From Nemertoderma westbladi (Eukaryota > Animalia > Xenacoelomorpha), in NCBI GenBank assembly GCA_032718475.1, contig JAUCBJ010008131.1, forward strand, positions 1 through 33,799: a stretch of 33,799 bases of DNA. The letters run 5' to 3'. Positions 10,394-21,530 of the stretch are shown one piece after another. How positions within the stretch are numbered: position 1 is the first letter of the stretch; each line of letters starts with the position of its first letter. Under the pieces are notes generated by a model. The model ran no database searches. It saw only the letters and a list, made by a program, of their open reading frames with translations, and was not told where the DNA came from. The translations under genes were made by a program, and so were the position numbers.

Positions 10394-13300
10394 ATGACAG
10401 ACGTTTTTGGATTCGAGAACGATAGCGATAGTACCGGTAGTAGATGCGGAGAGTCTGACCAAACGCAAATAGCCGTTGGTCCGAGAGAAGAATCAAGTTG
10501 GACGGACATAAACTTAAATAGTCCGGCGGTTGTCGTTCCTGGTTCCGGTTGCGACCGTCCTAGATATTCTGAAACGCAGTCTCACGGTTGGAATCGGTTT
10601 CCTGCAGTACCGGTACCAGGAGAAGGGGACGATTACATACATCCTAATAGAGAGCAGCAAGGTACCGATACCTGTATACAGCTTGAACGCGACGCACCGA
10701 TAATGGCGGATATCAGGAAGGAACCGGAAATATTCGACGGGCGTGGAGATGTTGATTCCTGGGTTAGTGCATTACAGCGATTGGGACGTCTTCGAAGATG
10801 GAATTACGTGATGATGGGAAGGGTTGCTTCCGTTTATGTGTCAGGTACCGCGGCTCGCGTAATAGAAGAATTACCTAATGAACAACAAGTCGATTTTGAT
10901 AGCGTAGTAGCCGCTCTGCGAGCTAGATTTAGGCCTTTACCCCCCGAGGTTATATGTAGTAAGCTGTTAGATTGTAGGCTAGGAATAAATGAAACTATAG
11001 AGGAGTATGTAGATAAACTCCAGAAATGGGGACAGCAAGCCTGGGTAGATATGAATGGTGCGCAACGAGATCGGTTATTACTTACAGTTTTTTACAGAGG
11101 CATACCCTCTGATTTGGCTTTTAGGATTAGAAACAGCCATCCGCAATCGTTTGACGAGGCTGTACGTATGGCGCGTAATGAAGAAATTTATTTAGCGGAG
11201 GCGAACCATTTAAATTACGGAGATCAAGCTGGACGTATTGATCGAAATACCGGTATTGATTCAAATAGGCCAAAGCATACCTTTTTGCAGGAAAGTGGTG
11301 TACATGGATATGTAAACAATACGGCGAGTTTTAATAGAAATTCTACTGTACCGAGTAGACCGGTTACCGTTGATCCAAAAATAAATAAATTAGAAAGTGA
11401 GATACAAGAATTACGGAAACAAATTTCCGGTATGCAGTGCCAGCCAGCTCCTGTACGTCCGTTTACTGCATGGAATAAGAGTAGAACAGATTCTGGTCCA
11501 AACCATTCTGATAGGAGTAGTGATACATTAGCCTACAGTAGTGGTAGACCTGTAGATAGCCCTTATTTGACTGAGCCAAGTAGGTCAATTATTCAAAGTG
11601 AACATTTTCAGGGAAGTAATAATATGACACCCCGTAGGAATGTAACATGTTTTAACTGCAATGAATTTGGCCATTACAGTACCCAATGTCCCCAGCCGTT
11701 TGCTTCCCGTAATGTTCAGCCACGGAGAGATATTGTTTGTTTTAATTGTAACGAGTCTGGACATTACAGTACCCATTGCCCAAGATCTCAAACATCCCGA
11801 TTTAATAGATCGAGTGACGATGTGAGACGTACTTATCCATACAGACCGAGACCTTCCCCACTTAGTACTGCTAGCAATATGTGTCAGCCATCCCAATATG
11901 TGCCACACCCTACTCCACCGCCCAGTAGGTTTAGTACGGATGCTGGTACACCGGCTTCGAGTTTTGAAAATAATCACATACGGTATACAACGCATACGAA
12001 TCGCGATTGGTACATACCTGTACATATAGGACGTACAAAGATGGTTGGTTTGGTAGATAGCGGTTCAGATTTTACTATAATGGATATACGTAAATTACCA
12101 AAGGATTGTGAACTGGGAGCCAGTAGTATACCATCTATTAAGGGTGTAGGAGGGTTAATGCCAGTATTAGGTGAAGTGCATCTACCGATTGTTATTACGT
12201 CAGACTTTAAAGTAGACATATTAGTGTATATTGGCGACTTACAGAAAATTGATGGTTCTGAAATTATTTTTGGTAAAGATTTTATCTACCAAGCCTGTAC
12301 CTCGTTTGATTTAGTAAAGCAATGTATGATTTTACGGAATAACGAGTGTGTTTATTTTTGTAGTCCACCGACTCAGGTTATATCTAACTCAACCACAGAA
12401 CACTATACTCGCCGTATAATTATGTCAGAAAAGAGGGTTACTATACCACCAGATTCACAGGCATATATTACAGGTTGTTTGAAGGGAAAGGGAAGTAATT
12501 GTAGCTTCCCAGCAGGACCAGTTTATATTGAACCTCTGTATCAGTCGAATACTCAAACCCTACTAGCACGTTGTATAATAGATCCAATTGATAGAGAACG
12601 TGTTACATTACAAGTTTTAAACCCAAACAATTCACCAGTTACTGTTTTTAAGAACCAGAAGGTAGCATCATACTGTGACGTCACTAATTATACCTTGCGT
12701 ACTTTAGAAAGTAGGGCTATCAGTACAGATAGTGTAGTTAATGATGTCAATGGTAAACAGATATTTTTACGTGAAGAATTAAAATTAGACCATTTAGACT
12801 CTGATAAACAAGCTGATGTATTGGACATTGTTGGACAGAATCCCCATTCATTTTCTTACAATGATTATGACATAGGACGGACTACACTGTTACAACATTC
12901 TATACCTTTGAAACCTGATGCTAAACCGATACATGTAAAGCCTTATCCAATACCTGTAGCCATACGTCCAGAACTGAGAGAACGGTTAAGTAATTTACAA
13001 CGTGTAGGAGTTATACAGCCGAGTACCAGTGAATGGTCTTCTCCTCTTATTATTGTTAAGGCACCTAATAAGCCATGGCGCTTAGCTATAGACTATAGGG
13101 GACTTAATTCAGTAGCGGTTCCTCAATTTTGGCCATTACCTAATATTGATTACATGTTAGCAGAAGTTGGTGCTGCCAGACCAGAATATTTCAGTGCTTT
13201 GGATTTTAAATCCATGTTTTGGCAAGTAGAGATTAATCCGGAGGATTATGCGAAGACCGCCTTTCATACTCAGTGGGGAAACTTTGAGTTTCGTAGAATG

Positions 13301-15901
13301 CCGTTTGGGCTTCAGTCATCACCCAGTACGTGTCAGAGATTAATGCAACTAGGATTAGAAGGGATAGAATGTGCTTTAGTGTACATGGATGACCTGATAT
13401 TGTATTCTAGAACGTGGGAACAGCACATAGAACTCATAGATATAGTACTACGGCGTATAAGTGAGTTAGGTCTCAAATTGAAACCATCTAAATGTTGTTT
13501 TGGAGCGAGTTCAATACACTTCCTAGGACACATTATTGATCGGGATGGTATACATACTGACCCTAAGAAAATAAGTACGATGGTCGATTTCCCCAGACCT
13601 ACTTGTGTGAAGGACTTACAGAGTTTTCTGGGGCTGTGTGGATACTACAGGAAGTTTGTGAGAGATTATGGCAAATTAGTATAACCATTGTATGGCCTAA
13701 CTAAAGTAGGAGTGCCGTTTTACTGGAATGCAGATTGTGAACAAGCTTTTCTAGAACTCAAGAATCGACTCGTTTCATCGCCAATTTTATCCCACCCTGA
13801 CTTTGAACGAGAGTTTACCTTAGAAACTGATGCCAGTGGATCTGGACTTGGCGCGATACTTTGCCAAGACGATAAGGTTATAGCTTATGCTTCGCGTTCC
13901 CTGACTTGTGCTGAAGCTAAGTGGTCGATTACGGAATTAGAGGGATTAGCAGTAGTTTGGGCCGTAGCTAAGTTTCGTTTTTATTTATTGGGTCGGCATT
14001 TTAAAGTGATTTCAGATCATAACCCCCTGCGATGCTTGTCTTGGGTTGGTGTCAATCGCCATATTACGGGTCGTCTCCAAAGGTGGGCACTGAAACTGTC
14101 AGAATACGATTATACTTTTATTTATAAACCCGGAAAGTTTAACAGGGCTGATTGCTTATCCCGAATAAAAGTCGAACATCCTCTAGATACGACTAACACT
14201 GTAAACAATCACAGTAACGAACTCGATGTTGAACCATTTTGTTTAATTAATGTTCCTGTAATAAACCCTGTAGACTCTACAGACGTGACTGGAGAGACAG
14301 ACATTTTGATGAATAACCAATCTAATGTATTGAGTGTAGATACCGATGAACTACAAGGTCTTGCAGACTTATTTAGTTGCAATGGAACGGATTCGAAGGT
14401 TTGTAACCATGACTACCAGGATAAACAGAGTTCAGTAGCAAATGACGATGATGGATGTTCATCTTACCGTGCTCGAGACACCCCAATACATGTAGATAGT
14501 TTCGCAGACGTTCAGTCTTCCTTACCTGTGTTACCTAGCAATGTGGAGTTTTGTAGTTTGTCCAGACTACGTAAACTGCAGTTGGAAGATTCAAATATTA
14601 AGGTGATGGTAGAATATTTACAAACGGGAAATAAACCAGAATTTAATCGTAAGCTCTCTGAGTGTAAGAATATGGTAAAGTTACATACACAATATGTATT
14701 AGTAGATGGTATTCTATGTCACGTCTCGGATTGTAAGACAAATAAGACAATACAAGTAGTAGTACCTAAGTTACTACGTAGACAGGTACTACTTCAGTTC
14801 CATGACCTCAGGTCACACTTAGGAATTAATAAAACGTTGAATGACATTAAAGTAAAATTTTATTGGGTAAATCTCCGGGATGATGTAGCGCGGTACATAC
14901 ATAGTTGTGATTCTTGTCAACGACGTAAAGGATCTACTAATATTCAACCATTAACTAGTTTACCAGCCCCCACCCGAGTTATGGAAAGATTATCTATTGA
15001 TATCGTGAAAGGGTTTCCCACTAGTCCAACTGGTAATAAACTTGTTTTCACTATTACAGAACATTTAACCCGATATGTTGAACTATTACCTGTCCCTGAC
15101 GAACAGGCTGAAACTTTAGCACGGGAATTGGTAAATAAAATATTTTGTGTATACGGTGCAGCTGAGATTATTTTATCGGATAGAGGTCCAAGTTTTACTT
15201 CGTCACTTTTCTCGGAACTGGAAAAAATATTTGGCATTGTTCGTGTGTTAACTTCAGCGTACCACCCACAATGCAATGGTCTTACTGAAAGGGTCAACCA
15301 ATCCATGTGTAATATGTTAGCACTGACAGTTCGTAACCATGACAACTGGGAAGAAATGCTTCCCCTAGTACAATTTAATTATAACACTAGCGTACATTCT
15401 AGTATAGGGATGGCACCATTTACGTTGATGTTTGGTAGGGAGGCTCGTCTACCAATAGATACTCGTATTGAGCGGCCTTATAGTTTGTTGGCTGACACAG
15501 CGACATACCCTGACGAATTACGTAAGAACTTACAAAATGCCCACAAGTTAGTTAGAGAACAACTAAGTAAAGCACAGAATAAACAAAAACGCCTCCACGA
15601 TCGTAAAGTGAAACAAAATTTGCAATCATTTGTGACAGGCGATAAAGTATTGTATTTTGATCGACGCGTTAAGCGCAAGAATAATAAGTTGCGGTTCCGT
15701 TTTACCGGACCCTATGTAGTGCTCCGTAAGCGTTCGCAGTTTTCATATGAATTACGTCCTGTACGGAAACGAGTTACACCACGAACTCCAGTGTTGGTAG
15801 TGAACGCGAAAGATTTAAAGTTATATCAAGTGCGTTCATCCGCTTGTGAAAGTAATAACCCTTCTATGTCCAATGGACAAAGTGATGTCGGCACACCTTA
15901 G
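10394..15901 (+). CDS. Gag-Pol polyprotein in a single frame, interrupted by one in-frame TAA at 13682-13684
   Basis: Gag (PEIFDG..W), two CCHC knuckles, protease LVDSGS, RT (LDF..F.Q, MPFGL, YMDD), RNase H (TDAS, ELE, SDH), and integrase (H..H..C..C, D-D-E at LSIDI/SDRG/ERVN, GPY motif). Confidence 0.92.
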
Positions 15902-16788
15902 TGTACAGTAGTACATACAGTAAGGTATAAGTATATACAGTAGAACAGTGACTGATGATATTTACATAAACCAACAAACTATATGCAATATGCACTACCG
16001 TATGCAGTTTAGATCCTACTAAACATTTTGTAGGTTATTATTGCACGGTCAGTATATTATTATTGGTATGTATACTTGTTACTATTTAGATTAGACATAT
16101 TTAGTGTTTTGTTTTATGAATGTAAATTAAACTATACATTTTTGCTGTTCCCATTTCACCCTCTTTGTTGTCGCAGAAAAATAACTATTTAGCGGAACCG
16201 AATCCTCTAATCTCATTTGGTAGTAAATGTGGTGTTGTTTTACATTTGAATAAATGTACAGTATGTATTTTATTTTTGGATACCATAAGTTTATTGATAT
16301 GTTTATTCATTCTGTAGAGACTTATTTTGTTTCTGTTTATTTCATAGAAAACTCGCCAATTGGCTATTTTGCTTGCTTTGGGCGCCAAAGGAGGTCTTGA
16401 AGGTCTGTTGTATATTATTAGCCTATTGGTTATTAACTTTTTTATTAAATAATATTTGCCTATTGGCTATCATTTTGCATTGCATGTATTAATTGTTGTC
16501 TAATGACTGTCTTATTCAGTAAATTTAATTGCCTATTGGCTAAGCTACTGTAGCTGAAATTAATAACTACTTAGTACATATTGCAGTTGGTATTGGCAAC
16601 TGGTAGTTGGAATGGGAATTCACATTTCCTGTACATGAATAAAGTGTACCAAGTGCGTTGGATTTTAACTAATTCTATATTCATATATTTTGTAGGTATT
16701 TTTACATTATTATTGTGCTGTTTTTATTTAGATTCGGTTCTGCAAAATATTTTTATCAAACCACTCGGGACGAGTGGTTTCCTTTCGT

Positions 16789-16796
16789 GGGGGGGA
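16789..16796 (+). promoter_or_regulatory. Polypurine tract
   Basis: GGGGGGGA lies 2 nt before the 3' LTR and is preceded by a perfect 10-bp hairpin at 16758-16780. Confidence 0.8.
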
Positions 16797-16798
16797 TT

Positions 16799-17284
16799 TG
16801 TGGTGATCAGCAGCAAGGACATACAAAATATGAAACACAACAATATCAAATTACAAAAAACGTTATAAATAATATAACGCCATCTAGGGAAGTTTACAGG
16901 AAACAACAAAATTGCGCTAGAATAATCCTGACCGCTGATTGGAGGATAACAAAGAGGGATAGATAGGTAGGATAATACCGGTTAGTAAGTAATATATCAA
17001 GATATGGTCAGTACAATACAGTACCTACAGTAGTAGTTTAGATTCGTGTTTCTTTTTGGATGTCTGACATCTGATTGTCTGACGTATGTACCGATGTATT
17101 TTGATTTATCTGTTTTGATTAGATTTATCTGCAGTATTATGTTCTGATGTTATGAACTAACAAACTAATCGTTTTAGCCAGCCTGCCAGTTAACGGCAGA
17201 TTTTCTTCAGGGAAACCAGAAAAACTAAGTGGTAGATTGCCACGGAACCCGGGTTTGACCTTATCCTGTTATCCAGCTTTCACA
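16799..17284 (+). repeat. 3' LTR (486 bp)
   Basis: Identical to 9719-10204 and preceded by the PPT. Confidence 0.97.
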
Positions 17285-17703
17285 CACGGAAATTATTAGT
17301 TGCATTATTTGGACAGCTGCTCGGCATGTCAAAGTGTAAAAGTGGTCACAAAATGGGTGAGGGAACATCGTTGCAGCGCCGGCTGTCTAATATTCTTCTC
17401 AATAATTTCAGAAAAAACGTCGCAAACGAATCAACAAAACGGAAAAAGCAGATAGCTGACGACAAAAAACTCAAAAAGTTGAAAAGTGTTGGATGATGGA
17501 ACTATTTACGTCAACATTTTACAAACATGATCGAAATACTAATTCTTTTTGTATAATTTATCTATGAAACGCAATCTTTAATTTCAGTTCAGAAAATAAA
17601 GTAAATGTTTAATTAATCATTCACGTAATATCAATAAATTATTATCAGATATTAATGGTATCATCAATAAAAAGTTAGCTTACTTTATAACGAAATGGCT
17701 TTA

Positions 17704-18110
17704 TATATATAGATAGATATAGATATATAGATAGATATAGATGTATAGGCTACTGTAAATAGCTTACAGATAACGAAAAAGAGCCCTTACTTACCCGTTG
17801 CTAGGGCGAAAGTCATACCCGATATAGTTGGGTGGGTGTTGGTCACATAGCCCCAAACTTGTTAGTTCAGCCGTTGCTAAGGAGAAAATCTATGTTGCTA
17901 TGGTAACTGACTTAAAAATGTGTCCATTAAACTCCCCATACACGATATAGTACTGATTTCTATTGATCCAATGGCCACAAAGTTGTTTGTTTACCCATTG
18001 CTAAGGAGAAAGTCACTGTTGCTATGGTAACTGTGACTTAAAAATGTGTCCATTAAATTCCCCATACACGATATAGTACTGATATGTGTTGGTCCCATGA
18101 TCATAGAGTG
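17704..18110. repeat. (ATATAG)n microsatellite and ~125-bp-period subterminal repeats inside the P-like element
   Basis: 17871-17960 matches 17995-18085, with a partial third unit at 17795-17830. The repeats contain GTTGCTATGGTAAC. Confidence 0.8.
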
Positions 18111-18276
18111 AAATGAAGTAACACTTCCTACTTGGCCTCTTATTTTTTTGAGGGCAGCTCTGTGTCCAGGCCTGTTATTTTATGAAGGCCCTGGCTGTAC
18201 CGGTACCGGTCACTGTTCTGTATTTTGCAGTTGTGCCTGTATAAATTCAAATTTCTGTTTTATTTTATTCTAATAA

Positions 18277-18314
18277 TCGCCTGAAGAAGGGTTTAGGCCC
18301 GAAAGGCCTCGCGA
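18277..18314 (+). ncRNA. Minimal type-I hammerhead ribozyme (Penelope pseudo-LTR type)
   Basis: TCGC-CTGAAGA-A-GGG(TTTAGG)CCC-GAAA-GGCC-TC-GCGA has the canonical core, stem I TCGC/GCGA, palindromic stem III AGGCCT and cleavage triplet CUC. Confidence 0.8.
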
Positions 18315-18808
18315 ATAATAATAATACAAAACGTTTTTATTGCTGGGGGAGACCCTCTAACTATCCTTAACATATTATAAATCTTCGTTCATAATGAAAC
18401 TTTTCTTCGCAAATATCTGGAAATCATCCAGTTGTGATCCAGTTTTTTGTTGATCACCTTACAGATGTCCTAATTTAACACTATTAAATGTATGCACATG
18501 TCAAAAAATTTGCAGGCATAATATCAAAATTTTGAGTCTAAAACCTTCAAAACGTACGTGCGTCAAATGGTTTTTCAATAATGACCATTTGTTCTTACAA
18601 GACAAGATTCCAGCACAATCTGCTCACAACATAAAAAATTAAAGTATTACTTATTCAATTATTATAATATTAAATTTCAAGTATTTTACTAAATTATAAG
18701 TAACGTGATACAAATATGCACAAAAATACTGCAATAGTTGATTTAAATATTATTAAAGACACGATTAAATTGTACAAAAGTTCAACAAAACTATTATATT
18801 CTTAAATA

Positions 18809-20175
18809 CGGTTGGTGCGCGAAAAAATTGTTGGGCTAGAAACAATCGAATAAGGGGTAACAGGGTGCCCTAAATAGAGTGGCGGGGTGTGTTTTTGTAA
18901 AAACACGAGGAAACGGTCTAAATGGCGGGTTTGAGTAAGTGCGGGAAGCCAAATTTGAAAATCGGCTGGGTTTGGATGCTACATATATGACGTCATTCAT
19001 TACGCAGTGCTCTGATAAATTTTTATCTTGGTTTCTATGAGATTTTCGATCGATTCAAATACATATTAAATCTCAATCATTTCACACGTGGCTTATATTA
19101 ATTGAAAGCGGAAAGTCTTGCGCGTTTTTCGACACTAGAATTAATTAAATTCATGTTGACATAATGTTGTTTCGAGCAGTATTTCCAGCAGCAATACTGC
19201 ATTCCAAGCTGTTTGAGTATGGTCTGACGGTAAGACCTACAGATTATTAAATTTAATATAACACTTTTATTATATAAACTTATTATATAATACTTTTAAT
19301 ACCGTCAGCCGGTACTATAATACAGTAATAATTGGGGGTAGGCTACACTTGGATATTAAAAAATGTCGCCAGTAAACCCAACTTAATGAAGTAAAGCTGC
19401 AATACTCAGATACTGCAATAGGCTGATAGGGCTGAGTCAAACGCTGACCGGTAGGCAAGGAAGTGCTGCCTACCGGTCCAATAGGCTGATAGGGCTGAGT
19501 CAAACGCTGACCGGTAGGCAAGGAAGTGCTGCCTACCCGCCCAATAGGCTGATAGGGCTGAGTCAAACGCTGACCGGTAGGCAAGGAAGTGCTGCCTACC
19601 CGCCCAATAGGCTGATAGGGCTGAGTCAAACGCTGACCGGTAGGCAAGGAAGTGCTGCCTACCCGCCCAATAGGCTGATAGGGCTGAGTCAAACGCTGAC
19701 CGGTAGGCAAGGAAGTGCTGCCTACCCGCCCAATAGGCTGATAGGGCTGAGTCAAACGCTGACCGGTAGGCAAGGAAGTGCTGCCTACCCGCCCAATAGG
19801 CTGATAGGGCTGAGTCAAACGCTGACCGGTAGGCAAGGAAGTGCTGCCTACCCGCCCAATAGGCTGATAGGGCTGAGTCAAACGCTGATCGGTAGGCACG
19901 GAAGTGCAGCCTACCCGTCAGGAAATCTGTCGAGTTTGCAATTGTGAACAGCATTTTAACAATCTTCCTCGTTGTGAATTCAATTAATCGTAATCTCAAA
20001 AGACGCGCAAGACTCTCCGCTTTCAATTAATATACGCCACGTGTGAAATGATTAAGAATGAAATTTTGATTTTGAATTGATTGATGACTGGAATCGCCAC
20101 TCGATTCATGGCACCACCTTGTTACCCCTTATTCAATTGTTTCTAGCCCAACAATTTTTTCGCGCTCCATCCCTG
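18809..20175. mobile_element. Tc1/mariner-like non-autonomous element with bipartite inverted repeats
   Basis: Outer ~60-bp IR at 18809-18869 / 20110-20175 (CAGGG-like terminus on the right, TA on the left flank). Inner ~55-bp IR at 19076-19130 / 19998-20053. Confidence 0.75.
19416..19919. repeat. 63-bp minisatellite, 8 copies
   Basis: Unit CAATAGGCTGATAGGGCTGAGTCAAACGCTGACCGGTAGGCAAGGAAGTGCTGCCTACCCGCC starts at 19416+63k. Internal copies are identical and the edge copies are diverged. Confidence 0.97.
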
Positions 20176-20821
20176 TTTATTGATACTTTTTATTCGTATA
20201 TATCCCACTTTTGGGAGAGAAAGTAAGCCGGTATAGGATTCCATGTATTTCATTTTATTAACGGAGAAAAAGTTAAATATGGAAAGGCGAAAATATTCTT
20301 GGTGGAATTTCTTAAATTGTATTACTTTAGCAAAATCGATGCATTCAAAAGTCATTAGTGTCTGTAAGGCGCACTCCAAAACGGAACTCAATATCCAATT
20401 ATTGGTGTGATGTACAGACTACTAAACTTTAGTTTAAGACGCCTTGGCTGCACTATGCTCTACTTACGTAATAAATATTCCATAACATTTCGTTAGTTAA
20501 AATTGAGTAATGCGACATTTAAGAGTACAATAATTTATTTGAATAGCAGAAACTTAGAAAGCAAAGTTGAAAACAGATCGTTCAATTTATTAACATTATT
20601 TCTTTCTATAAGAGAATAATTAATAATACAAAATATAAAAATAATACATAATCCAGCACTGAAAACGTGCTATTATAAGATTACAATTCCATATTACATG
20701 GAGAAAAAATTTCTTTCAATAGTTTTCATAAACATGTAGTTAATCAGGAAATAGTATCTGTATAGTGAACATATTTGGGACTTTTGTGTTTTCGACCGCA
20801 ATTGAAACTATAATGTAATTT

Positions 20822-20905
20822 AATTCGCCACTGCCGGGAATTGAACCAATCAGTGTTTTTACCAATAACCGTTTCAGGAGACCGCTATTACAATTCCAAT
20901 GACTA
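20822..20905 (-). mobile_element. Possible tRNA-derived SINE head
   Basis: The minus strand has the B-box-like GGTTCAATTCCCGGCAGTGGCG. The A-box is unclear and there is no cloverleaf. Confidence 0.3.
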
Positions 20906-20963
20906 ACAATTTTATTTCACTTTCGTGGCGAACTCTTTATTAATCCCGCTAGCGCTCGGTAAA

Positions 20964-21099
20964 TAAATTATATTTAATAGTATTAAATTATATTTAATAG
21001 TATTAAATTATATTTAATAGTATTAAATTATATTTAATCGTATTAAATTATATTTAATAGTATTAAATCATATTTAATAGTATTAAATTATATTTAATA
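20964..21099. repeat. 20-bp AT-rich palindromic minisatellite, ~7 copies
   Basis: Unit TATTAAATTATATTTAATAG, with internal stem TATTAAAT/ATTTAATA. Confidence 0.95.
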
Positions 21100-21298
21100 A
21101 TTTTTTTGCTACATATTTTAATGCTAAATTAATTTTTTTGTTAGTAACATTCTAATATATAGCCTCACATTAATTCAATATTCAAACCAGTTAAATTACA
21201 GTTAAAAATAAAAATACAGTTAAAAATACATTTAAATCAAGTTTAAATCATAAGTCATAAAATCTAAATTTCACATGTTTTTTCCCATGTAAAAATTC

Positions 21299-21530
21299 CA
21301 GATAGGGGGGAAACTGGACGCAATAAAAATTCATCCCTCTCCAGGGGAAATTCGACGCAAATAACCGCTAATTACTCTCAAAAATAAAACTGTAACCTGT
21401 TCTATTGTGTTTAGTTTATTGTTTTGGTTACAATGTCGTGCCACTGTAACCTGCACCTTTCCCTAAATTTAGAATTTAACATTGAGGCGGGATATTAATT
21501 TGCCAAGATGGGATTTGCGTCGAGTTTCCC
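21299..21530. mobile_element. Second (inverted, end-truncated) copy of the 258-520 MITE
   Basis: Its reverse complement aligns along the full length with 273-520. Confidence 0.85.

Larger units (their letters stand above)
9719..17284 (+). mobile_element. Full-length Ty3/Gypsy LTR retrotransposon (7566 bp)
   Basis: TG..CA LTRs, 4-bp TSD CACG (9715-9718 / 17285-17288), PBS, PPT, and domain order gag-PR-RT-RH-IN. Confidence 0.97.
9540..17496 (+). pseudogene. C-terminal transposase fragment split by the Gypsy insertion (~9540-9718 + 17289-17496)
   Basis: MIDRGKLTVPC (RGGLxxP-like motif)..NKFLSSKAPR continues in frame after removing the Gypsy and one TSD as KLLVALFGQ..C..H..RRLSNILLNNF..DKKLKKLKSVG*. 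Confidence 0.7.
8785..18193 (+). mobile_element. P-superfamily (THAP/Galileo-like) DNA transposon, internally deleted (~1.84 kb without the nested Gypsy)
   Basis: Perfect 27-bp TIRs CAGGGCCTTCATAAAATAACAGGCCTG (8785-8811 / 18167-18193). 7-bp TSD GCTGTAC (8778-8784 / 18194-18200). Contains THAP and transposase C-terminal remnants. Confidence 0.9.

Noticed and set aside
13682-13690. Programmed stop-codon readthrough in pol
   Set aside because: The stop lies within the RT-RNase H connection, not at the gag-pol boundary, and TAA-CCA-TTG does not match the CARYYA readthrough context. Simple mutation is more parsimonious.
11585-15678. Minus-strand ORFs within gag-pol, and similar shadow ORFs over the MFS, SPPL3 and LTR sequences
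   Set aside because: They are antisense or alternative-frame shadows of real coding or repeat sequence with no recognisable motifs.
15902-16798. env-like third ORF in the Gypsy
   Set aside because: Only short ORFs (<100 aa, non-ATG starts) are present in a T-rich UTR.
19421-19450. Hammerhead-like CTGATAG-GGC-TGA-GTC-AAAC in the 63-bp unit
   Set aside because: It lacks G8-A9, G12 and a proper NUH site, so the core is not compatible with a hammerhead.
19416-19919. CRISPR-like array (regular repeats with an internal hairpin)
   Set aside because: The units are head-to-tail with no unique spacers, there are no cas genes, and the context is eukaryotic.
19315-20026. 194-aa and 206-aa repetitive ORFs on the minus strand
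   Set aside because: They arise because the 63-bp unit is a multiple of 3 and lacks stops in two frames. The starts are non-ATG and there is no other coding evidence.
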